From the NCBI GenBank assembly GCA_041640595.1, contig JBEPZY010000003.1:32001-96000 (forward strand): a DNA stretch of 64,000 bases. Direction: 5' to 3'. The DNA is from Gemmatales bacterium. Its GTDB lineage: Bacteria > Planctomycetota > Planctomycetia > Gemmatales > HRBIN36. The notes beneath the pieces are model-generated. The model ran no database searches, was not told where the DNA came from, and saw nothing but the letters and a program-made list of their open reading frames with translations. Positions 56,750 to 64,000 of the stretch are shown in pieces. Both the position numbers and the translations under genes were made by a program. The stretch's first letter is position 1. The number at the start of each line of letters is the position of its first letter.

Positions 56750-56778
56750 TTTACTTCGGGCAAGCGGTTTGCTATAGT
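56750..56778 (+). promoter_or_regulatory. Sigma70-type promoter with extended -10
   Basis: TTTACT-N17-TATAGT with TG at the extended -10 position, 43 bp before ATG 56822. Confidence 0.5.
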
Positions 56779-56821
56779 GGGGCTATTATCGGTCGAGATT
56801 TCGAAAAGCGGGAAACCGTGC

Positions 56822-57688
56822 ATGAGCGCTAACCGCTGGGCAAGACCGGAACTGTCCGCATCAGCGGATTGGTCTGCGAGCTGGTCGCAGAAAAACGGCA
56901 CTATTTCGTCGGGTGGTGACCGTCTGGCGGTGCCGATTTGCTGCCATTGGGGAGATGGGCCTGGTGCTCGTTCCGTGCCTGTGCGTGTGCTTTGTCGCCG
57001 GGAAGTTACGGCAACCGCATCGAAAGGCTCCAGCTGGCGGGCGTGGACTACTGCGGCCAATGCAACATCCTTATGGCAGGGAGTTGCCGCAACTTTTGCG
57101 TTCGACCTGACCGCATCTTTGCGGGAGGTGGTGAAGGATATTGTGATGCGGTTGCCGGAACTGGCCCACATTCGCGTCGAGCAACTGCATATCGGCATCA
57201 CTCGCGCACGCCGACGGGGTACCGGTCTGCTGGCACGCATTACACCGATGCGTTTTCCTGGCGGCAAGCTCTGGGCTCGCTACGGAAACACGCTGTGCAC
57301 GATTCAGCGATACTGGCGGGACGGCGTGGAATTGCTTTATTTACTTGCGTTTTGCGTGCCGCGGTTTCTCGACCTGTCGTTCGACGAAAAGATGGTCACG
57401 ATTTTGCACGAACTGTGCCACATTTCCCATGCCTTTGACGGTGACCTGCACCGTCATAGCGGGCGTTATTGCCTGCACACACACTCCAGGAAGGCCTACG
57501 ATCGCCGCATGGCCCTGCTGGCTCGGGCTTACCTGAACACCGGGCCCGAGGAACGCCTGCTCGCTTTTCTCCGCCTCAGAAGCCGGGAACTATTGCAGCG
57601 TTATCCGGTGCTGGTGGCGGAATGGCTCCCCAATCCGCGGATCATTCCCTGGCCCGTTAATGTGTCGCCTGAGCACGACGGCCAGTAA
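56822..57688 (+). CDS. Putative zincin metallopeptidase (HExxH)
   Basis: FDLTASLREVVKDIVMRLPELAHI...PRFLDLSFDEKMVTILHELCHI...FDGDLHR. Start position is uncertain. Confidence 0.75.
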   Translation: MSANRWARPELSASADWSASWSQKNGTISSGGDRLAVPICCHWGDGPGARSVPVRVLCRREVTATASKGSSWRAWTTAANATSLWQGVAATFAFDLTASLREVVKDIVMRLPELAHIRVEQLHIGITRARRRGTGLLARITPMRFPGGKLWARYGNTLCTIQRYWRDGVELLYLLAFCVPRFLDLSFDEKMVTILHELCHISHAFDGDLHRHSGRYCLHTHSRKAYDRRMALLARAYLNTGPEERLLAFLRLRSRELLQRYPVLVAEWLPNPRIIPWPVNVSPEHDGQ

Positions 57689-57865
57689 GGCCGGGCACCT
57701 CAGCCTCGAGCGTGCTGGAGCAGGATTGCAGTCGGGGCAGGTTTTGCCCAAACGGTAAGTGCCAGGGCCGCGCAAAAACCTCAACGACAGCTGTGCTGCC
57801 AGTCTCGCCCAGACAGAAGCGGCCGGAACTGCCCGACCCGCATTCGCCGATCGGCCTGGTTTGCA

Positions 57866-58924
57866 TTACTGGAACGGGCTGCCTTCGGGGACACCGGTTC
57901 TGGCAGGAGGTGGCGGAAGGCTGGGAACTACTGGGGCTGGTGTTGGTGGCGGTACTGTACCCGGTTGGGCTTCGCGGAAGGTTTCGTGCAAGCGTTGTAA
58001 ATCCTGGCGTACCGAGAACGCGCGAAATTCCCGCAATTCCAGCACTGCCGGCCCCACCAGCACGATCACTGCCGGGATAAACAGACAGAGCACCGACGGA
58101 AACAGCATCCAGAAGGAAGCGCGGTTGGCGACAGCGTCGGCCTGCTGCCGCAAGGCGGTTCGCATCGAAGCGGAATATTCGAGTAATCCCCCGGCGATGT
58201 CGGTGCCGAGTCGTTCCGCCTGACCAAGCACGACGGCCAGGTTTTGCACCTCCGGCACCTGGGTGCGTTCGGCAAACTGCTGCATGGCAAAGCCGAGATT
58301 GCGAAGCTCCGCCTGCTGTGCGGCCAGCAAGAATTCATCCGCCAGCACCGGATATGGGCCGCGCATTTCCTGGCTGACGCGATACAGTGCCTGGGGAACG
58401 TTCATACCCGCGGTCAAACACAAAGTCAGCATGTCCACGGCGTGAGGCAAACCGCGTTCGATGGCGCGAGCACGTAGCCGACCCCGGAACACAATGTAAG
58501 CCCGCGGCAGACTGAATCCGAGTGCGGCCAGGATCGCCCCACCGACCAGCACGCCGGCTATGTATTCCGGCGGCACAATCAGAGCCAGCACCAGAGCGCC
58601 GAGGATCGGCAACAGGGTCAGCCCCGTGCGTAACGCCAGGTACTGGGTCAGGGCAGTGCTGCGGTAGTAACCGGCGGCCCAGAGGTCGCGCTGCAACTCG
58701 GAACGAGTGGATTCCGGCGTGGGCAAACCGCGAGCCAAAGCTTCAGCGACCGGACCGAGGGTCAGTTCGCCGGACGACGGTGTGGCTGTTTCCGGACGAT
58801 GGCGCCGGGCGTTGCGCCTCTCCTGCCACCAGGCGATCACCGCCATCACCAGGGCAAAAGTTACGCCGGCGGCGACACAGAAAATCACCAGCACCGCCAG
58901 CACGCTCCAGGGGATCATTCCCAC
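57866..58924 (-). CDS. tadC: Tad/Flp pilus assembly protein TadC (T2SS F family)
   Basis: LWAAGYYR, IERGLPHAVDMLTLCLTAGMN, FAERTQVPEV and QAERLGTDIA motifs. Follows tadB. Confidence 0.88.
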   Translation of the reverse strand: MGMIPWSVLAVLVIFCVAAGVTFALVMAVIAWWQERRNARRHRPETATPSSGELTLGPVAEALARGLPTPESTRSELQRDLWAAGYYRSTALTQYLALRTGLTLLPILGALVLALIVPPEYIAGVLVGGAILAALGFSLPRAYIVFRGRLRARAIERGLPHAVDMLTLCLTAGMNVPQALYRVSQEMRGPYPVLADEFLLAAQQAELRNLGFAMQQFAERTQVPEVQNLAVVLGQAERLGTDIAGGLLEYSASMRTALRQQADAVANRASFWMLFPSVLCLFIPAVIVLVGPAVLELREFRAFSVRQDLQRLHETFREAQPGTVPPPTPAPVVPSLPPPPARTGVPEGSPFQ

Positions 58925-59019
58925 GGTCTCCCGATGGTTCGCATAGACTGGAAGGACTCACGCTTCCGCCAGGACATTTTCGTGCCGAGAGTCTTTTTCC
59001 GTTTCCAAGCAGCGCGGCC

Positions 59020-59967
59020 TCAGTAATCCACGCGGAGAATCCAGTAAACCCAGGCCAGGCCAATGATTTCCAGGATCGCCGCGACTGCCAGGGCCGTCAG
59101 TCCAGCGCTGGATTGAAAGAACCGACCCAGGTAATCGGGCTGCCAGTACCACATCAAGACAAACAACACCGGCACGCTCAGAGCAATGGCCCAGGCGGTG
59201 ATGCGTGCCTGAGCGGTAACCGTGCGGAAATATTGCCGGAACTGGTTGCGGTCACGGACACTGGCAGCCAGCCGGTCGAGCAACAACGGCAGGTTTCCAC
59301 CCGCCGAGCGATGTAACGCCACCAGCGCCACCAGGAGATCGAAATCCGGCAACTGAATCCGCCTGGCTGCCGATTCCAGGGCCGCCGGTACACTGAGTCC
59401 GAGGTACATCTGCTCGGCCATGCGCCGAAATTCTCGCCCCAGAGCATTGGGCGTTTCTTCGCCGACGTGAGCGATAGCCTGCTCCAGGCTCAGATTCGCC
59501 CGCAGGGAACGCGACAGGCTGAAAATCACGTCCGGCAATTGTCGCTGAAGTGTCTCCCGTTGTCGCCGGCTAAAATACGCGAAAACCAGTAACGGCACCG
59601 CCATGCCCACCAGCAAGCCTGTCGCAATCCCTGCCAGACTCTCCCACCACAAATAACCAGCTGCCGCTCCCAGACACGAGCTCAGAACGACCCACAGCAG
59701 GCCGGATTCCACCGTTAAGCCCAGACCGCTGCGCTCCAGTAAGAGTTGGAAACGCAAATCGAGCCGGCGGGTCAGGTCTTGCGGTTCGTCTATTTCGCGG
59801 GCGGCACGGAGCACGATGGTTTCCGCAGAGGGATCGGAAGGAGGTTGTGCCTGGGCCAGGCGTGCTCGCCGATTCTCCCACCAGCGCAACACCGCTATCG
59901 CCACCAGCAACGTCAATCCGCTGGCGACGATAAGGATCAGAAACATCGTCAGTTTGGCTTCAGGCAT
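59020..59967 (-). CDS. tadB: Tad/Flp pilus assembly protein TadB (T2SS F family)
   Basis: QLPDVIFSLSRSLRA, LGREFRR, GGNLPLLLDRLA and TAQARITA motifs. Confidence 0.9.
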   Translation of the reverse strand: MPEAKLTMFLILIVASGLTLLVAIAVLRWWENRRARLAQAQPPSDPSAETIVLRAAREIDEPQDLTRRLDLRFQLLLERSGLGLTVESGLLWVVLSSCLGAAAGYLWWESLAGIATGLLVGMAVPLLVFAYFSRRQRETLQRQLPDVIFSLSRSLRANLSLEQAIAHVGEETPNALGREFRRMAEQMYLGLSVPAALESAARRIQLPDFDLLVALVALHRSAGGNLPLLLDRLAASVRDRNQFRQYFRTVTAQARITAWAIALSVPVLFVLMWYWQPDYLGRFFQSSAGLTALAVAAILEIIGLAWVYWILRVDY

Positions 59968-60116
59968 GACTGGCTATCCGGTTTTTCGCATTGCAGGTCG
60001 GGCTGAGCGATTGCAGCGGCGTGTCGTCATCGTCGCGTTGCCAAAGGTGTGCCGACGGTCTGTTCATGCAGATAACGTGCCAGCGATGGCCAGTGAAGCG
60101 GTAACCGCTGTTCGTT

Positions 60117-61529
60117 TCACGAGGGTACCTGGGCGTTGTGTTCGGGCGAGCGAGACACTACCGGGGAGGTCTGCACGATTTCAAACTCCGCCGGAATCGT
60201 GCGCTTGGCGAATAAGCTTTCGGGCAGTTCGATCCCGGCGGCGCGGATGCGTTCCAGACAGCGAGGCACCTTGCCGGTCGCGTAAAACTCGCCGTAGGCC
60301 ACCCCGTCGCGCACTCCGTATTGCCGAAAGCCAAAAATATCCCGCACCACGTAATTGCGATTGCGTAAGCCTACCAGTTCGGAAATGCGCGTAACTTTGC
60401 GGGCGCCGCCTTTGAGTCGGCTCAGGTGCACGATGAAGGTAATCGCCGAGGCGATGTACTGCCGAATCACGGGCACAGGCATTTCGTAGCCGGCCATCAT
60501 CACCATCATTTCCAGCCGCGCCAGAGCGTCGCGGGTATCGTTGGCATGGACGGTGGTCAACGAACCTTCGTGGCCGGTGTTCATGGCCTGCAACATATCC
60601 AGTGCTTCGGGGCCGCGACATTCGCCGATGATGATCCGGTCGGGCCGCATCCGTAACGCATTGCGCACCAGGTCCCGCTGCCGGACTTCGCCTACGCCTT
60701 CCAGGTTGGCTGGCCGGGTCTCCAGTCGCACGACATGCGGCTGCTGCAATTTCAACTCCGCGGAATCTTCGATAGTCACCAGCCGTTCGTCGGCGGGGAT
60801 ATAGCGGGACAACACGTTGAGCAAAGTCGTCTTGCCTGTGCCCGCCCCGCCGGAAATGATCATGCTGATCCGCGCCTCGACCGCCGCCCGTAACAGCGCC
60901 AGAAATTCGACCGGCATGGTGCCGTTCTGAATCAGTTGCTCGGCGGTCAGGTGAGCACCGAAACGGCGAATGGAAAGCACCGGCCCATCGAGAGCCAGCG
61001 GCGGGGCAATGGCATTGACCCGGGAACCATCCGGCAGACGAGCATCCACCATCGGCGACATTTCGTCGAGTCGGCGACCCACGCGTGCCACGATCCGCTG
61101 AATCATCTGCATCAGGTGCTCGTTATCGGCAAAACAGACCGGCACCTGTTCCAGCCGACCGTTTCGCTCGACGTAAACCGTCTGCGGGCCGTTGACCAGA
61201 ATATCGCTGATGGTCGGATCGTTCATCAACGGTTCGAGCGGACCCAGCCCGAACACTTCGTCGAGAATTTCGTTGACCAGGCGTTCGCGCTCGGCCGGGG
61301 TCTTGAGTTCGGGAACATTCTCCACCAGTTGCTGGGCGAGTTTTTTGACCTCCTTGCGCAAACGATCCTGACCCCATCGGCTCAACCGCGACAGGTCGAG
61401 CATTTCAACGATTTTGCGGTGAATGTCCGCCTTCAGCTTTTGCAAATGCTGATGGGGCGTACCGGCCGGTTGTTGCCCGGGATGGAACATGGACGCCTCG
61501 GAATAGTTGACCGTACTCCTACCGGCCAC
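60117..61529 (-). CDS. cpaF: Tad pilus assembly ATPase CpaF/TadA
   Basis: [20 protein letters not shown], Walker [33 protein letters not shown] and [16 protein letters not shown]. Confidence 0.96.
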   Translation of the reverse strand: MAGRSTVNYSEASMFHPGQQPAGTPHQHLQKLKADIHRKIVEMLDLSRLSRWGQDRLRKEVKKLAQQLVENVPELKTPAERERLVNEILDEVFGLGPLEPLMNDPTISDILVNGPQTVYVERNGRLEQVPVCFADNEHLMQMIQRIVARVGRRLDEMSPMVDARLPDGSRVNAIAPPLALDGPVLSIRRFGAHLTAEQLIQNGTMPVEFLALLRAAVEARISMIISGGAGTGKTTLLNVLSRYIPADERLVTIEDSAELKLQQPHVVRLETRPANLEGVGEVRQRDLVRNALRMRPDRIIIGECRGPEALDMLQAMNTGHEGSLTTVHANDTRDALARLEMMVMMAGYEMPVPVIRQYIASAITFIVHLSRLKGGARKVTRISELVGLRNRNYVVRDIFGFRQYGVRDGVAYGEFYATGKVPRCLERIRAAGIELPESLFAKRTIPAEFEIVQTSPVVSRSPEHNAQVPS

Positions 61530-61637
61530 CGCATGGCCGATATTCCAGCTCCCCGTTGCCGACGGTGATCTCCGCTTACGGGCGTTCCATGCTCGGCGAA
61601 TGGTCCTGCCGCTATCCTCGCTCGAACCGCCGGCAGT

Positions 61638-63101
61638 TCACTCAGCTAATTGTATCCGGATGAGATACGGATTGGGCTGCGTCAGGTAGGGATTCTGTAT
61701 CGCCTGTTCGGAAGCCTGAGCGGAGGGGCGATCGCTGGCCACGATAGCGGTTCGTGTTACCAGCAGCTGCGGTTCCAGAGTGATTTCCAGGTAGGTTTCC
61801 GCAGTGGAGCTTTTCATTTCCACGTGCAAAATTCGTGCCGCCACAAAACCCACAATTGCCGCCTGCCAACCGGTCGGCTGGTCATCTTCCTGATCGTGTT
61901 CCTGCTCGGTTGCCGACCCGGTAACGAAACCGGCAAACAACGGCCAGATGCGCACTTCCTGACGCTGCTGCAGCGAAGTCAGAGCGACGATCAGCTGCGG
62001 ACGTTCGGCATCATCCAGACGCCATCCCATCGGCCAGCACGCGACCGCACGGTAACCGACGGTCGGTTCGATGACGAATTGCCCGGCCCATTGCGGATCG
62101 TCGAGATCGTGCGAGACAAGACCGGTCAGCACCTGGCGAACCGTATCGGCTCGGTTGCCCGTACCGATTTTCAGCACGCAGGCGCTGCCGCGAGTGGTTC
62201 GTTCTTCGGATGGGTTCGGCGAGTTTCCCGACGGTGATGGGGGCAGCGTGGCATTGGAAAGAGGTTGACCGGGGGACGAAACCTGGTTCGTGGCCGTAGT
62301 CGAGGCGGCGATCGGCAAGCGGAAGATCAGTCTGGGTGGTTCCTCCTGGCCCGGAAAGTTGGCCGAACCCGCGAACGTTCCGGGTGCGGCGAGCGATTCG
62401 TTTCCGCTGGCGGGTCGCATCGGGCTGCTCGGTCGCAAAAACGCTCCCTGTAAGGCGAGCTGAGTTTCCCAGGCATCGGGGGTCCGGCCAGTCGGATCGC
62501 TGAGCAGGGCCAGCGGCACCAGAGGAACGGCCTGGCCATCGGTGCAGCGAAAGCCGCTGATCCGCCGTTCTAAAACTGCCACTGCCTGAGCCTGTACGCT
62601 GGCCAGCGACCAGCCGAAGAGCGGGCCCAGGATCAAACCGGCCGGGTTTCCGTGCTTGCGATCGCGGCGAACGGTCAGACGCACGGCGTTCGGCCAGGGA
62701 CTGTCCAAATCTTCCCATCGGGCCGGGACAAAACCGCTACGGCGATCGTAAAAGCCAAACACGATGTCGCCGTCGGCGTCGTTCTCAGGATTGGGCAACA
62801 GGTGTAACGCTGCCTCGCCGCTGTGTTCCTGAACATAGCGAGCAGCGCTGCGGTAAGCTGCCTCCTGGGCCGAAGGGGGGAGCGTTTCGCTCATCCACGG
62901 GGAAAGCTGTTCCGCCCAGGCATAAGCTGCGGCCAGGACTGCGGCATCGGCGACGGTGCGCAATTCCGCCTGGGTATTCCACACCACGCCCAGGTCCACA
63001 GCCAGCACCAGTACGGCCAGTAGCACACCGAGCAAAATCAGACCCCACACAGCCGCACCACCCGGTCGCCCTTGTGCCGGCATCGTTTTTCTCCACGCCA
63101 T
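61638..63101 (-). CDS. TadG-like Flp pilus assembly protein
   Basis: GAAVWGLILLGVLLAVLVLAVDLG...ELRTVADAAVLAAA (TadG N-terminal motif), DIVFGFYD, NAVRLTVRR and VGFVAARIL. Confidence 0.8.
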   Translation of the reverse strand: MAWRKTMPAQGRPGGAAVWGLILLGVLLAVLVLAVDLGVVWNTQAELRTVADAAVLAAAYAWAEQLSPWMSETLPPSAQEAAYRSAARYVQEHSGEAALHLLPNPENDADGDIVFGFYDRRSGFVPARWEDLDSPWPNAVRLTVRRDRKHGNPAGLILGPLFGWSLASVQAQAVAVLERRISGFRCTDGQAVPLVPLALLSDPTGRTPDAWETQLALQGAFLRPSSPMRPASGNESLAAPGTFAGSANFPGQEEPPRLIFRLPIAASTTATNQVSSPGQPLSNATLPPSPSGNSPNPSEERTTRGSACVLKIGTGNRADTVRQVLTGLVSHDLDDPQWAGQFVIEPTVGYRAVACWPMGWRLDDAERPQLIVALTSLQQRQEVRIWPLFAGFVTGSATEQEHDQEDDQPTGWQAAIVGFVAARILHVEMKSSTAETYLEITLEPQLLVTRTAIVASDRPSAQASEQAIQNPYLTQPNPYLIRIQLAE

Positions 63102-63331
63102 CGTTTACCACGTTGAGGATCAGCAAAATGGGGAGGAGGTCAGCACCGTGGCAGCAAAAGTTTCCAGTAAAAGAAGGGCGGGAGATTGCCGCCCGTGTAT
63201 CCGTCCTGTTGCGACTCTCACAAGCTGAGGGGCGTGGCGTTGCCGGTGTCAACGCCAAAAGCAGCTAGGGCACCTGGGAGCGGTCATCGAGACTCTGCCG
63301 TGCGCTGAACCAGCGCGGGGGATCGCGGCGG

Positions 63332-64000
63332 TCACCCAGCTCCCGACCGGACAACGGCTCGACCCGTTTGCGGATCACAGACGACATCGGGGCAACGGTA
63401 CTGGAGTCGTATCGCCTCGCCCGACCAGGTCAAGTCGCCGGCCTCGGTGAGGACTTCGTAGCGGGGCAGTTTGTAGCTGGCGGGAGCGGTAACCGCGGTC
63501 GGGAACACATGCGGCTCGCCGGGTTTGACACCGACCACACGCTGCACCGTTGTCGGTGGCGGTGGTGCGGGCGGTTGCCGCAATCGCAAATCCAGAATGC
63601 GGGCCAGGTCCTGATCGGTAATCATCCGCTGGCCTCGCAAAACATCACGCACGCGAAAGTTCTCCCATCGGTATTCCTCGCTGCTTCCTAAATGATAGGT
63701 CAGATAGCGTTTGGGATCATCGGCGGGCAACTTGGCCAGCTCAGCTTCGTACTGGAGAATTTCCTGGGCGGTCATGCCAACCAGCCGCGTCGGGAAGACG
63801 CCCTTATCTTCCAGGAAGGCCTGCCGGCGATTTTCCAGTTCCAGTTTTCGCTCGACATCGCTGATGGGGATGAGCGTGATCAGTCCGCGATCCTTGGCGT
63901 ATTCCAGAAGTGCCGCCCGATACGGGTTGGTTTCGATGATGAAATTGGTCACACACATGCTGTACGGTCGGCAATTCGGCCAGAGAACATTGCGGCGGAC
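63332..64000 (-). CDS. Hypothetical protein, 3' part; open to the window edge
   Basis: The frame is open from 64000 (VRRNVLWPNCRPYSMCVTNF...) to the stop at 63332. Protein-like composition, no family recognised. Confidence 0.6.
   Translation of the reverse strand, partial: VRRNVLWPNCRPYSMCVTNFIIETNPYRAALLEYAKDRGLITLIPISDVERKLELENRRQAFLEDKGVFPTRLVGMTAQEILQYEAELAKLPADDPKRYLTYHLGSSEEYRWENFRVRDVLRGQRMITDQDLARILDLRLRQPPAPPPPTTVQRVVGVKPGEPHVFPTAVTAPASYKLPRYEVLTEAGDLTWSGEAIRLQYRCPDVVCDPQTGRAVVRSGAG

Noticed and set aside
1..64000. tRNA, rRNA, integrase, transposase, reverse transcriptase or prophage genes
   Set aside because: No tRNA cloverleaf/T-loop signature, rRNA-like sequence or catalytic motif of these enzymes was recognised. 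A tRNAscan/Infernal/HMM run would be needed to exclude divergent cases.

Overview
This GC-rich bacterial window is almost certainly from a Planctomycete, probably Gemmatales-like. The evidence is DUF1501 and DUF1549/DUF1553 genes, a BBP7-type beta-barrel, a TIGR03000-type protein, HEAT-repeat proteins, an ECF sigma/ZAS anti-sigma pair and a large membrane Ser/Thr kinase. Housekeeping genes include a GntP permease, nadE, transaldolase, gmhB, TrmJ, a P-type ATPase, rluD, nikR and tadG-tadA-tadB-tadC. Four more unusual features sit among them. (1) Three intergenic mosaic arrays (about 2.0-2.5, 20.7-21.6 and 54.9-55.9 kb) of a 29-bp REP-like hairpin show compensatory stem changes, two loop classes in fixed opposite orientation, and reused linker modules. 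(2) An ~8-kb polymorphic Rhs toxin/immunity island has no full-length carrier, and two of its orphan cassettes share the same 26-bp frameshifting duplication. (3) Unrelated short duplications recur with a ~68-76-bp period, often at gene 3' ends; the clearest is a 73-74-bp array copying the end of rluD at the island border. (4) A MotA/TolQ/ExbB-family channel with a long coiled-coil tail has two ExbD/MotB-like partners, only one of which keeps the transmembrane Asp. No tRNA, rRNA, Cas gene, integrase or transposase was recognised. All family assignments come from motif recognition by eye, not database searches.
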